A stretch of 64,000 nt of DNA from Corallochytrium limacisporum Hawaii (Eukaryota > Protista > Pluriformea): positions 1 through 64,000 of the forward strand of contig PDIP01000025.1 in the NCBI GenBank assembly GCA_002811645.1, given 5' to 3'. The translations under genes were made by a program, and so were the position numbers. Shown here in pieces: positions 32,018 to 41,861 of the stretch. The notes under the pieces are model-generated. The model was not told the origin of the DNA and did no database searches. It saw nothing but the letters and a program-made list of their open reading frames with translations. Numbering within the stretch: the stretch's first letter is position 1; the number at the start of each line of letters is the position of its first letter.

Positions 32018-32866
32018 ATGGCAGTCACTCAGGCATTCTGCAAAGGTGCCTCTTCTGGCATACAGCTTGCTTACTGGCTGCGCCAGGGAGCGAACAACAC
32101 GAGACTCCCCTTGGTACTCATCCACGGACTGGGATGTACCAATAACGACTGGGGTGATTTCGTGTCCAAGTTTCCAACAGAGCGGACAGTGATCACACTG
32201 GATAACCGCGGAATAGGTGAAAGTACCGTGCCTGAACAACCCTTTACCCTGGCAGACATGGCTGATGATGTTGCTTCTCTTCTTGATCATCTACAAATCA
32301 AGGAAGCAGCGGTCATGGGTGTGAGCATGGGTGGCATGATTGCTGAAAATTTTGCAATCAAGTACGCAGATCGGTGCAAGAAGCTGATTTTGGGATGCAC
32401 AACCTTTGGAGGTAAAGAGACAGTTGCTAGCAAGGAGAGCAAAGAGTTTTTCAAAATGCAACAGCGCATGCTTCAAGAGAAATGGGACCGTGAGCGCGGG
32501 ACTCGAGAGTCAATGAAGTTTGCTTTCCCGGAAGCATGGCGCAAGGCAAACCCTGAACGGTATGAATGGGAGATCCAAAACCAACTGAAGAGCAGGCGTA
32601 CCGCCAAGGGCTACATGTATCATATTATGGCCATCCAGGGACACGATATGAAGGATGAACTACACAAGATTGAGTGTCCGACCCTTGTCATTCACGGTAC
32701 AGAGGATCACGTCATTCCAGTAGAGAATGGCAAGTTGGTTAGCATGTGCATCAAGCAGTCTGTATTTGCCCAGCTCAACGGGGAGGGCCACAATTTCTGG
32801 GCCAGCGCTGGTGAACCTAGTGCACGTGCCATCGAGACTTTCATCGAGCAGAGCAGCCGGCTATGA
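32018..32866 (+). CDS. Alpha/beta-hydrolase (enol-lactonase-like) with C-terminal PTS1
   Basis: ATG at 32018; LIHGLG, DNRGIGES, GVSMGG nucleophile elbow, PTLVIHGTED, GHN; ends -SRL. Confidence 0.92.
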   Translation: MAVTQAFCKGASSGIQLAYWLRQGANNTRLPLVLIHGLGCTNNDWGDFVSKFPTERTVITLDNRGIGESTVPEQPFTLADMADDVASLLDHLQIKEAAVMGVSMGGMIAENFAIKYADRCKKLILGCTTFGGKETVASKESKEFFKMQQRMLQEKWDRERGTRESMKFAFPEAWRKANPERYEWEIQNQLKSRRTAKGYMYHIMAIQGHDMKDELHKIECPTLVIHGTEDHVIPVENGKLVSMCIKQSVFAQLNGEGHNFWASAGEPSARAIETFIEQSSRL

Positions 32867-32967
32867 AATCGACAATGTACAACAAGCAGCTACAGGCGAC
32901 CTGCGAAACAGTAATAAACTACATCTTTGCATGTGAAAACAATTACGAATTTATATACAGTATCAGA

Positions 32968-35900
32968 TTAGTCCTTGGGAGGACGAGGTGGTGGCATATC
33001 AGCATCAGTCTTCGGGGGACGAGGCGGTGGGGTTTCCTTCGGTGGCAGGGCAGGCAGTGGCTCCTGTTTCTTCTTTCCGGGATCGATTCTTCCAGAGTTG
33101 CGGTCCGGGATTTTTACAGGAGGCGGCCGCATGTCCTCGCGGCTGCGTGGGCGCTCCATACGTTCCTTCGAGCCTGACCGTGAAGCGGGCTTAGAGTTGT
33201 CGCCCTCCTTCGAGCCGGAGCGAGAACGTGAAGGTTCTGCAAAGTCTTTGTGAGGCCGGGACTTTAGTGATGAGCGTTCGGGATCTTTGGCACTCGATGG
33301 CTGGGCCTTCTCACCGCTCTTGGATCCTTCCACCAGCTCTCCTCGAGATCGAGACTTGGATTTGCGAGACGATTTAGAAGCCAGTGAGGCGCGCTCAGGA
33401 TTGTGATGTCCTGGGCTTGGTCGGACGGGGGCTCCGTAGGCGCCACCTTGGGCGCGCGGTTTTGGCTCCTTTTTCGGCTCATTCTTTAGTTCCTTCTTCG
33501 TTTCCTTTTTGTTCTCTTTGTCCTTGTTCTTCTTGAAGATGGAGAAAATTCCCTTCTTCTTGCTCTTTTCAGGTTTTTCAGAAGACCCCTCTAGAGACAT
33601 TTTCGATTCTTTGGCAGGGGTCACGTTCATGTAGGCACTCTCCGGGTTCGCCTTTGACGAGGTACTGGCAGGAACCTGGACATCAGCTCCCTTCGAGTGC
33701 CGCCTGCTCTTGTCTACAGAGCCTGATCGAGAGCCTGTACGTGACCTTGGTTTGGACGATGACGGCTGTCCTGCCACCCGTGGAGAGCCATAGGCCCCTG
33801 AACTCCTTGATCCCCTCCGGGAATTAGATTCCCCTCCCCTATCAATTGAAGACTTTGACGCACTGCGTTTGACTGTCTTTGGTCTGTCAGAGTCGCCCAC
33901 CTCTCGTGGGGTCTCCGCATTCGGAAGCTTACCCTTCTCAATGGAGGACTTTGACGCACTGCGTTTGACTGTCTTTGGTCCGTCAGATTCGCCAACCTCC
34001 CGTGGAGTCTCCGCATTCGGGAGCTTATCCTTCTCAATGGATGACTTTGACGCACTCCGTTTGACTGGTTTTGGTCTGTCAGATTCACCCACCTCTTGCG
34101 GAGTCTCTTCGGTTGCCAGCTTACTCCTATCAATGGAAGACTTGGAAGAAGTGCGCTTGGGCGGTTTAGGTTTCTCCGTTGTTCTAGCATCATTTATGTT
34201 CTCCGCATCAGGCACTTTACTCCCATCATTAGAGGACTTGGAAATGTTGCGTTTTGGTCGCACCGGCTTCTGCACTGGAACATCAGGTTGAGTCTCCCCA
34301 TCAGGCAACTGAGTCCCGTCAGTAGAGGGCTTGGAAGACCTGCGCTTGGGCCGCTTCACAGACGAAGCTTCCGCAGGTACAACCTGTGCTTCTTCGGCCG
34401 ACTTTGGCGTCGGCGCCTCCCGGGCGTGCGTTTCCTTATTTGAATCACCCGCCCCGCTCACCATCCCACCTAGAGCAACAGTTCCCGCTCCTTCCTCAAG
34501 AAGCTCAGTCTGCTGCTTCTTCGGCTGTGATTCGGTCTCATCTGTTGTTGCCTTCTGTGGCAGGACTTTTCGCTCGGATTCCCCCTGCTTATCTGCGGGT
34601 GCAACAGGGGTCTTTGAAACCTTTGAAGAGTCCATTGGAGCCGAGCTCTGGGACTCTCCGGGCGTTGAGGCTGCTGCACTTGCTACAGCTGCGGCACCTG
34701 CTACAGCTGCGGCACCTGCCACGGCCGCGACCTTCCCATCACTCGGGGTCGTAGCGTCCTTTTGGGTACGTGACCCAGAACGGGAACCAGAACGGGAACC
34801 AGAACGGGAGCCCGAGCGAGAACCCTTGCGCGACCCAGACCTTCTTTCCGTAGATGGATCTGCATCGGTCCGGCGACTCCGGTTTACCGCGCCATACGCA
34901 CCAGCCGCCCCGGCAGCAGTGCCAGCACGCTTGGAGCGGCTTCCTGAACGACTTGAGGGCCGGCTCGAGCTCTTCCTGCCTTCTTCTCCTTCGGGCTCAC
35001 CTTCAGGCTCCTTAGATTTGGACTGTTTGCTTCCAAACAGCTTTGAGAAAAATGTGCCACCTTCCGACTTACTGAGATCATCCTTAGAACGAGGCTTCTT
35101 GTCCTTCCTCGATCTCCTCAGATTTCCCTGTTCGGCATATTCGGGATCAGTCTCTTTTGGCCGCAAGTCCTGAACGGGCAGGCCTGGCTCTGAGTGCTGA
35201 CGCCGGTGCCTTTCCTTGGAACTTTTTCTGACGGGTGGCTCAGGCGCATCGCCCGTCGGACGTGACGATGGATCTAGTCCACTCAAAGAAATGGCAGATA
35301 CACCCCCTCCCATGGCTCCTGCCATTACTACATTTTCCGCACTAACGGCCGTACCCCGAGGTGTGATGATGCCCTCCATTTCTGCACGATTCAATTCTTG
35401 TGTCCGTCTAATGTCTACATACAGATTTGACGATGACTTTGATCGCGTGCGCTGGCCCGTTTTCCTGTAATTTTCAACCTTGCGGCGCAGTTCTGTCATC
35501 GCTTGCTCATCATTCAGATACTTCGGTCCGACAGATGCAGCGGTGCTGCGACGGAAGTCATCGATTTGTTGCTGCGACTTTGTATGGAATTCCTCCTCGC
35601 GCTGCTGGCGTTCCAATGCAGCCTGACCTTCCGGTCCACTGAGAGCAGCATCCATAATATTTCCCCGGGAGTCTCGTAAGATACGATCCTTCTCGTCTTC
35701 TTGACCATGAATGCGGCCCTTGTGCTTGTTGTAGAAATCAGCCCAGTCTGCTTCCGGCTCCACAATACCCCGCGGTGCAGGAGACGGCGAGCTCTTGACC
35801 GGACTGGGGGGACCTGACCGTGAGCCATAAGAACCAGGTGTAGTAGGTACACTATCTGCCAGCTTCTTAAGCTCCCTGCTATATTCTTCCTTGCGTCGGA

Positions 35901-36384
35901 AAGTGGTTCGAATGTCCCTCTCATACTCGTCTCCTCCCAAGGGCATAAGATCCAGGTATCGCCGTTTTCTAGGAGCATACCACGATGGATCAATCGGAGG
36001 ATATTCGTCTACAGGGGTCCCTTTCTTCTTCTGCCGCTCACTCCTGACCTCCCGTCCCTTGCCGCCGTCACCCATATCCACAATCTCGTCCTCACCGGGA
36101 AGTTTGAAGTCCATTTGGTCATCATCCTCGTGGACAAGAACATCGTCGTCATTCCAAGCGGTCACCAAGTCATCAAAAACGTCGGCAAAGTCTGCTGGCC
36201 CTCTCTTCCCGCGAGGTGACGGCCGTGCCGCTCTCAAGTTACCACTGCCCATAGGACTCTTTAGTCCTGGACCCTTGGACGTGTTTGATCGACCACTGGC
36301 CAACATGGCTTCTGCAAGTGATGTGAGGCCAACGAACTCTATTGGACTCACATAATCGTGGTCTTGAGACTCGTCGCTTTGCAC
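32968..36384 (-). CDS. Large disordered Ser/Arg/Lys-rich protein with tandem repeats and Pro-rich SH3-ligand motifs
   Basis: 1138-aa ATG-initiated ORF with (SRSG)n, 32-aa repeats and C-terminal PALPPK/PPPRPPK; no recognisable folded domain. Confidence 0.8.
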   Translation of the reverse strand: MQSDESQDHDYVSPIEFVGLTSLAEAMLASGRSNTSKGPGLKSPMGSGNLRAARPSPRGKRGPADFADVFDDLVTAWNDDDVLVHEDDDQMDFKLPGEDEIVDMGDGGKGREVRSERQKKKGTPVDEYPPIDPSWYAPRKRRYLDLMPLGGDEYERDIRTTFRRKEEYSRELKKLADSVPTTPGSYGSRSGPPSPVKSSPSPAPRGIVEPEADWADFYNKHKGRIHGQEDEKDRILRDSRGNIMDAALSGPEGQAALERQQREEEFHTKSQQQIDDFRRSTAASVGPKYLNDEQAMTELRRKVENYRKTGQRTRSKSSSNLYVDIRRTQELNRAEMEGIITPRGTAVSAENVVMAGAMGGGVSAISLSGLDPSSRPTGDAPEPPVRKSSKERHRRQHSEPGLPVQDLRPKETDPEYAEQGNLRRSRKDKKPRSKDDLSKSEGGTFFSKLFGSKQSKSKEPEGEPEGEEGRKSSSRPSSRSGSRSKRAGTAAGAAGAYGAVNRSRRTDADPSTERRSGSRKGSRSGSRSGSRSGSRSGSRTQKDATTPSDGKVAAVAGAAAVAGAAAVASAAASTPGESQSSAPMDSSKVSKTPVAPADKQGESERKVLPQKATTDETESQPKKQQTELLEEGAGTVALGGMVSGAGDSNKETHAREAPTPKSAEEAQVVPAEASSVKRPKRRSSKPSTDGTQLPDGETQPDVPVQKPVRPKRNISKSSNDGSKVPDAENINDARTTEKPKPPKRTSSKSSIDRSKLATEETPQEVGESDRPKPVKRSASKSSIEKDKLPNAETPREVGESDGPKTVKRSASKSSIEKGKLPNAETPREVGDSDRPKTVKRSASKSSIDRGGESNSRRGSRSSGAYGSPRVAGQPSSSKPRSRTGSRSGSVDKSRRHSKGADVQVPASTSSKANPESAYMNVTPAKESKMSLEGSSEKPEKSKKKGIFSIFKKNKDKENKKETKKELKNEPKKEPKPRAQGGAYGAPVRPSPGHHNPERASLASKSSRKSKSRSRGELVEGSKSGEKAQPSSAKDPERSSLKSRPHKDFAEPSRSRSGSKEGDNSKPASRSGSKERMERPRSREDMRPPPVKIPDRNSGRIDPGKKKQEPLPALPPKETPPPRPPKTDADMPPPRPPKD
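33840..34370 (-). repeat. 96-bp (32-aa) coding tandem repeat, ~5.5 copies
   Basis: gactttgacgcact at 33851, 33947, 34043; unit PKxVKRSASKSSIEKxKLPNAETPREVGESDx. Confidence 0.92.
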
Positions 36385-38107
36385 CTTTGTCTGTTGGTTT
36401 TATCGCAGCAACGCCAAATACCTGTCGTTGCCCAGAAAAAGGCCTCCGGAATCCTGAGCGAGACTCAACACCCAATCGGGTCCGACCCCACGGGCCCCGA
36501 GCACTCCCTACCTGTTCCGAGCCCGTTCCCTCTCTGTGCGCCCTTGCCGTCCCATTTAGGGCTTCCAACTACTGGCCAAAACGCGTCCAATATTTTGCCA
36601 TCTCTTACCCCGCCTGGCCCAAAAAGTGCAATTCGTCGAAGTACAGAATCCAAGTCCCTCCCCACTCTGGTTCAATTGACACCAAGCAAAAGTGATCTAC
36701 CTTTGCCAATCCCGAATATTGCGGAAGTGGTGCGAGCGGGGGAAGAATGGTTGCGGCCATCTACCTCGGACCATTTGGCCTGTGTGGTTTTCTCGTGTCT
36801 CGGTTGTGAACAAAAGCTTGTACTTTTTGGGCAAAGGACCGCTTAGCCCCAAGGGTGATGAAGTGGCACACAGCGTGAGCGGAGGAGCGGGGTCCATTCC
36901 TTCCGTTAGTTATTTCATATCACTACTGCGGGTTCCGAACGGACGGACCCGGCTTTTTTCCACTTCCAGGACGTACCCAATTGGTTCTAGGGGATTTGAA
37001 GAAGGGGGGGGGGGCTCAGCAGCAGCGACAAAAAACAGAACATCGAGGAACACACGATGAAAAAAAAAGAAACAGCGAGCCAGGCAGAGAGAATACAAAG
37101 AAAATTTTAGAAAAACAAAAAAAGGAACAACAACAAAGGGACCGACCACCAGGACCACGTACAAGAGAACGAGTCTGAAATAATAAGGGAAAGTACGACA
37201 GTTTGGAATTGGTTTTGGTGGACAGGGCGTGCTGCGGTGGCATACGGTTGTCCGGCCCCAAACCACCACCACCACCACCGTTCCCGACCCGGGTCACTGC
37301 TGGAGGGTGCTTCACCAGGGACACTCCCTGATGACAAAACACAGGGAACTGTGTCCCCCAATACATATGGCGAAGCCGCAGCCAACAATAGCAGCCGATG
37401 GCCAACACGCACTCCATGGGTGATGATCATCCGTGTTGCGGTTGCCATTTCACTCCTCGGTACATCTTGCAATGCAAGTGTGACAAGCAGCACCAGCTCT
37501 GCGAGTGTGCGCACAAACCTGTGTGTACGGCTTCAGTCCCACTGACCAACGACCCTCTTCACCATCTTCTTCAACACACACCTCAACACACCCTCACCAC
37601 TCCCTTCCCCACGGGGCTAGGATCGAAAGGAATTGGAGCATGGGTCGGGCCGACAAGCAGCAGGGGTCCGGTCGCTTTAGCAGGAGAAACGATAGTCAGA
37701 GGACGTAGCCTCGACATAGAAAACACAGTCACCCCTCCCCACTCGATTCCCTCTCCCTCCTCTGCAATCAAAAGCGGACAGAAAAAATTGCCATGGACGG
37801 TTTCTATGGGCTCGAAGGCTCAGTGTACTGTGGCACTGGGGAAAAACGGGATTCCCTTTTTCATCGTCGTGTGATATATTCTATATACGGACTCTGGAAT
37901 TTGCACCCACCCAAGGGCACTAGGGATGGGGGACTCGTGTGTTGTTATCGAGTTGGAGACCCAGCTAGTGCAGTGCACAGCTATATATGATGCGGAATGA
38001 GTATCCTACCAGAGATCTCCCGTGGGTATGCACACACGCACAGTGGAAAAGTTTTAGTGTATCATATGTGAGTAGACTCCAGCAGCTGGACTGCACGAGG
38101 AAGTAAG

Positions 38108-39133
38108 ATGGCGTCCACGTCGTCAACGAAAAAGCCACTCGAATTGCACACATGGTCCGAGAAATGGGGTCTTACGACTTCCAGCCCGGAAGGACTGGCG
38201 CTGATGGCATATGCTCATGTGGTGGGTGTGAACCTGAAGATCGTAAATGAAAATAATCCAAGAATGTCGCCGACAGGACAGCTCCCCTTTCTCAAGGACC
38301 ACCACGGTCGCACAATCACTGGGTTAGACAATAGTCTCAACTATCTGCGCGAACATGGAACGCGAAAACATGAGGACGGCCTTAGTCAAGAGGAACAGTT
38401 AACATCACAGGGACTGATTGCACTTGTGGAAGAAAGTCTAGTACCTGCCTTGTTCTACGACTGGTGTTACGATGGAGATAACTGGGAAAAGGGAATGCGT
38501 CATGCCTTTGAAGAGATGTTGCCATTCCCGTTGAACTATCTTGAACCGTCGAGAATTTTGGCTTCCCTCAATGCTATGATTGGGCTTCGCCATGGCGTAC
38601 GTGGTTCCAACGTAAGAAATGGCGATGACTTGTACACATCAGCTAATCGGGCTTTGGACGTACTACAACAGACTATTGTGTCAAGTGGAAAACCATTGAG
38701 TGGCAGTAAGTACGGAGCGGTAGATGCTGTTGTTTGGGCATGTTTGAAGGTTGGATTGGCAGTTCCCACTGAGAAGTCCGCATTCAAGAAGATGATTGAA
38801 GCAAGACCCGAGCTTGTGGTGTGGGTCAAGGCGACAGACAAGCAAGTCGGCGATGCAGCGGGTCAGAGCGGTGAGTACGGTACAGATGGTAAGAGCAAGG
38901 ACCAGAGCAAGACGGCACCGGGTATGCCGTCAGAGGAGGAAAACCGGAAGATGATTCAGGGTGGACGACTACCATTTATCGCGTTTACCGTCACAGCCAT
39001 GATCGGGTACGCACTTTACAATGGTATGTTCCTTCTGCGGCGCTTGCAGGCTGTGCAAGCACAGCAGGCCAGGCGCGCAGGAATGAGTCAGCAGCCCGCT
39101 AAAGTAGACTACCGCAAGTTCATGGAACATTAG
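38108..39133 (+). CDS. Metaxin-1/Sam37-like mitochondrial outer membrane protein
   Basis: WGLTTSSPEGLALMAY, NPRMSPTGQLPFL, LPFPLNY, GST-like C-domain (DAVVWACL) and a TM near the C-terminus. Confidence 0.88.
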   Translation: MASTSSTKKPLELHTWSEKWGLTTSSPEGLALMAYAHVVGVNLKIVNENNPRMSPTGQLPFLKDHHGRTITGLDNSLNYLREHGTRKHEDGLSQEEQLTSQGLIALVEESLVPALFYDWCYDGDNWEKGMRHAFEEMLPFPLNYLEPSRILASLNAMIGLRHGVRGSNVRNGDDLYTSANRALDVLQQTIVSSGKPLSGSKYGAVDAVVWACLKVGLAVPTEKSAFKKMIEARPELVVWVKATDKQVGDAAGQSGEYGTDGKSKDQSKTAPGMPSEEENRKMIQGGRLPFIAFTVTAMIGYALYNGMFLLRRLQAVQAQQARRAGMSQQPAKVDYRKFMEH

Positions 39134-39184
39134 TGTGATCTAGTGGTTGTAATAAAATAGTCATGATACGTTTTCCTAACCCGC

Positions 39185-39925
39185 TCATGTAGTTTGCATC
39201 GGTCTGGTCTTAGGCCTTGCTCCACCGGACTTCATCAATTTACGAAGCAAGACATAGTTCAGCCACCAGATGCCCACAGCTCCTCCGAGGCCAAAGAGCG
39301 TGATCGGGTTCCTAAACTTTTCCCGCTCACATTCCTCGTAGCTCTTCCACAGACCGTATGAATGGACCAGTCCGCGAAAGATAAAAAAGATAGCATACTG
39401 AACAACTTCTGAGACAACAAACAGTTTAGTGTCAGCTAAACCAGCGAACTGCAGCAGCTTCCGCCAGTGCAGGAAAATAGAGTGTGGCTCTGCGAGCAGT
39501 GCCAAAAAAGTATATGGTTGATACATCCGCACGTACAGAGATAGAGCCAGTCCGAACACAACGATCACATGGTGATTTCTGGTCATCCGATCAGTCTTGA
39601 ACAGATCTTTAGCAGCCATGCTATACGTGTCAAAGATGAAATATCCAAGGGACCAAGCTACGGCTTGCCTGACATATACGCTGTGATACTCATCCATATG
39701 GTCAAAGACCCTCAACCCATTCTCAACCAACTCCTTGGCCAGGAGGTATGTCACCGTGACCGCATGACAAAACGATCCCGAATGGTTGCGGAACAACAGC
39801 CTGCTTCTAGGAGACAGTGACTGTGGGATGAGACCCGCGACCTCAACTCCTTTATCGACCGCAGCATGCAGCAAAAATGATACCGCGGCCCAGGCGATCG
39901 TTCTGGGGCCATCCATTAATGGCAT
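39185..39925 (-). CDS. TLC (TRAM/LAG1/CLN8) domain membrane protein, TLCD1/2-like
   Basis: SFCHA, SLGYFIFD, HHVIV, LLAEPHSIFLHWR, FFIFR, LNYVL. Confidence 0.9.
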   Translation of the reverse strand: MPLMDGPRTIAWAAVSFLLHAAVDKGVEVAGLIPQSLSPRSRLLFRNHSGSFCHAVTVTYLLAKELVENGLRVFDHMDEYHSVYVRQAVAWSLGYFIFDTYSMAAKDLFKTDRMTRNHHVIVVFGLALSLYVRMYQPYTFLALLAEPHSIFLHWRKLLQFAGLADTKLFVVSEVVQYAIFFIFRGLVHSYGLWKSYEECEREKFRNPITLFGLGGAVGIWWLNYVLLRKLMKSGGARPKTRPMQTT

Positions 39926-40889
39926 GGTTCTAAAGCCTTATCTAGTCCGCACAAGGAATGCGGATTGGGGCCATGCCAGACGTCAGATTGAAGAGGACAA
40001 GTACCCACATCGCGTGTGGCATTGCGTACGGACTGATGAGTCTCGCCAATGGCTGCTTCTCGCTTCGCGGATGGGGATGCAAGGCGCGCTCCTTGCGAGT
40101 GCCAAAAACAGCGAAAAGCAAACGCACAGTCCACAATTATTGATCAATAAATTTACGCTCGATATTTTCTCAAGCGGGTCAAAAGAATCATTGGGCCCCC
40201 CCTCCATTCGATAGTGGCCACCTCCTGTGCGTTGGGAACACTATAGGAAAAAGGCCCCAGGTTCTCAATTAATGGGGACGGGGAAGGTACAGTGGCAGTT
40301 CTATAGTGAAGACACCATACCGTACCTAGTTTACGACAAGTAGGAAGTGGAGAGGACATTCTGGGCGGAGGTTCAGTACCTTATTTACCTGCTTGCTGGA
40401 CCAAAACTCAGCCTACTTTATGGTAGCGAAGGACAAAATGACCCTTCTGTTTCGAGCTGTGCCAGTGTCTTTTCCCGTTCGCGATGGACACCATTCTTGG
40501 AGTGTCTGTATAGTGAACATATGGAAACTGTCTCGCACAAGACGTAGGTTAAGCGTCTGCTCTTTAGCGAAAGGCTCGCCAGGGACAGGACATTTTGGGC
40601 GGTGAACGAGGACAAAGGAAGGACGTTCTGAACGGTTGCAGTTCTTCACAAACCTGTCTGAAGTGATTCTATCTCTCTCGTGGGAGGACCATTTGTGCTC
40701 TCTACCAGTATTGATTATTCGCGTGGGGCAGGTAGAACTACCAGGTCTGAACCGAAGACCAAATTTTTATATCCGGACTGCTTTACTTTATTCTGCGTAT
40801 CCGCACGCGGTCGATAGCTCACAGTGGGCAGGTTTTTTCAAGCGCGAACACGACTTCACAGTACTATACCTTCTTCAGTCATGCTTCTC

Positions 40890-41861
40890 CTAAACAAGAG
40901 ACTTGTGCTCGGGTACGCTCGGGGGAATGTGGAGCCCACCGGCCTGATGATAAGGGGGGACATCGGGGCAATAAGAGTGTTCCGAATAGAACCTTTGGGT
41001 GCAAGTGCTAATGACGGAGACGGGAGGCTGTCTTTCGCCGTTAAGATACATTGGAAAGGAGAAGACCACCACTGTATCGCTTGACACGGCTTCACCGGTA
41101 GTGCTCGCTTGTCTAATGATAGGCTGACACATGCCATATGAATTTTCGCTGTACTCGACATCGAAAGTCAGGCTGCCCATCTTGTTGTCAAAGACGAGAG
41201 TCAAAGTCTGATCCTCCAGGTTACAAGCGCTCCCATCAATGTCGAGGGTGGCGGTCGAGATTCCCGAATCGAAGGGTACTGCATTCTCCTGGTACAGTGA
41301 GATGGAATCCGGGCTTTCATAAATGGTACCAGCGGGAAGAAGGTTGTAGTTGTGGAACTGGACAAACCCTGTTGGTGTGTTGATGCCACCATCCTGGGCT
41401 AACATGGGAACTCCAGGGCAGCCACCGTTGAGCAGCCATTCACTGGCAAGGCAAGAGCTAATTGCGGAGTAACGGCCACCATCGCTGTTTACCATGGCAT
41501 TACCGTAGACGGTGACAATACCAGGCGTATCAAAGACATCTGTATCCGAGATGGCTGCAATAGAGTTGATTTTGACGACGCATTCCTCTTCGTCGCCCCC
41601 CAGAGCATAGTACTCAATATCTGCCTTGAGCCCACCCTGATTGTTGTCGATCATGATATTAAGGCTCTGAACCTCAAACTGATCAGAAGATCCATAGGCG
41701 CTTACCTCTATGTTCAGTGAAGTATTTGGGCTTGGGTAGGTCCAGGAGGATTGGCGGTGGTAAGTGGACGAAAGCATGTCAGGAGCGCTAACCGTGCCTT
41801 GTGGGATATCCGCATAGTTATATATTTGAAGGCTTCCAGTGCAAGTGGTAAAAGCTGGCAT
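40890..41861 (-). CDS. Hypothetical protein made of two ~155-aa beta-rich repeats
   Basis: 323-aa ORF with internal duplication, e.g. TGSLQIYNY/TGFVQFHNY, DNNQGGLKADIEY/DNKMGSLTFDVEY, CPGVP..QDGG/CPDVP..QAGG. Confidence 0.8.
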   Translation of the reverse strand: MPAFTTCTGSLQIYNYADIPQGTVSAPDMLSSTYHRQSSWTYPSPNTSLNIEVSAYGSSDQFEVQSLNIMIDNNQGGLKADIEYYALGGDEEECVVKINSIAAISDTDVFDTPGIVTVYGNAMVNSDGGRYSAISSCLASEWLLNGGCPGVPMLAQDGGINTPTGFVQFHNYNLLPAGTIYESPDSISLYQENAVPFDSGISTATLDIDGSACNLEDQTLTLVFDNKMGSLTFDVEYSENSYGMCQPIIRQASTTGEAVSSDTVVVFSFPMYLNGERQPPVSVISTCTQRFYSEHSYCPDVPPYHQAGGLHIPPSVPEHKSLV

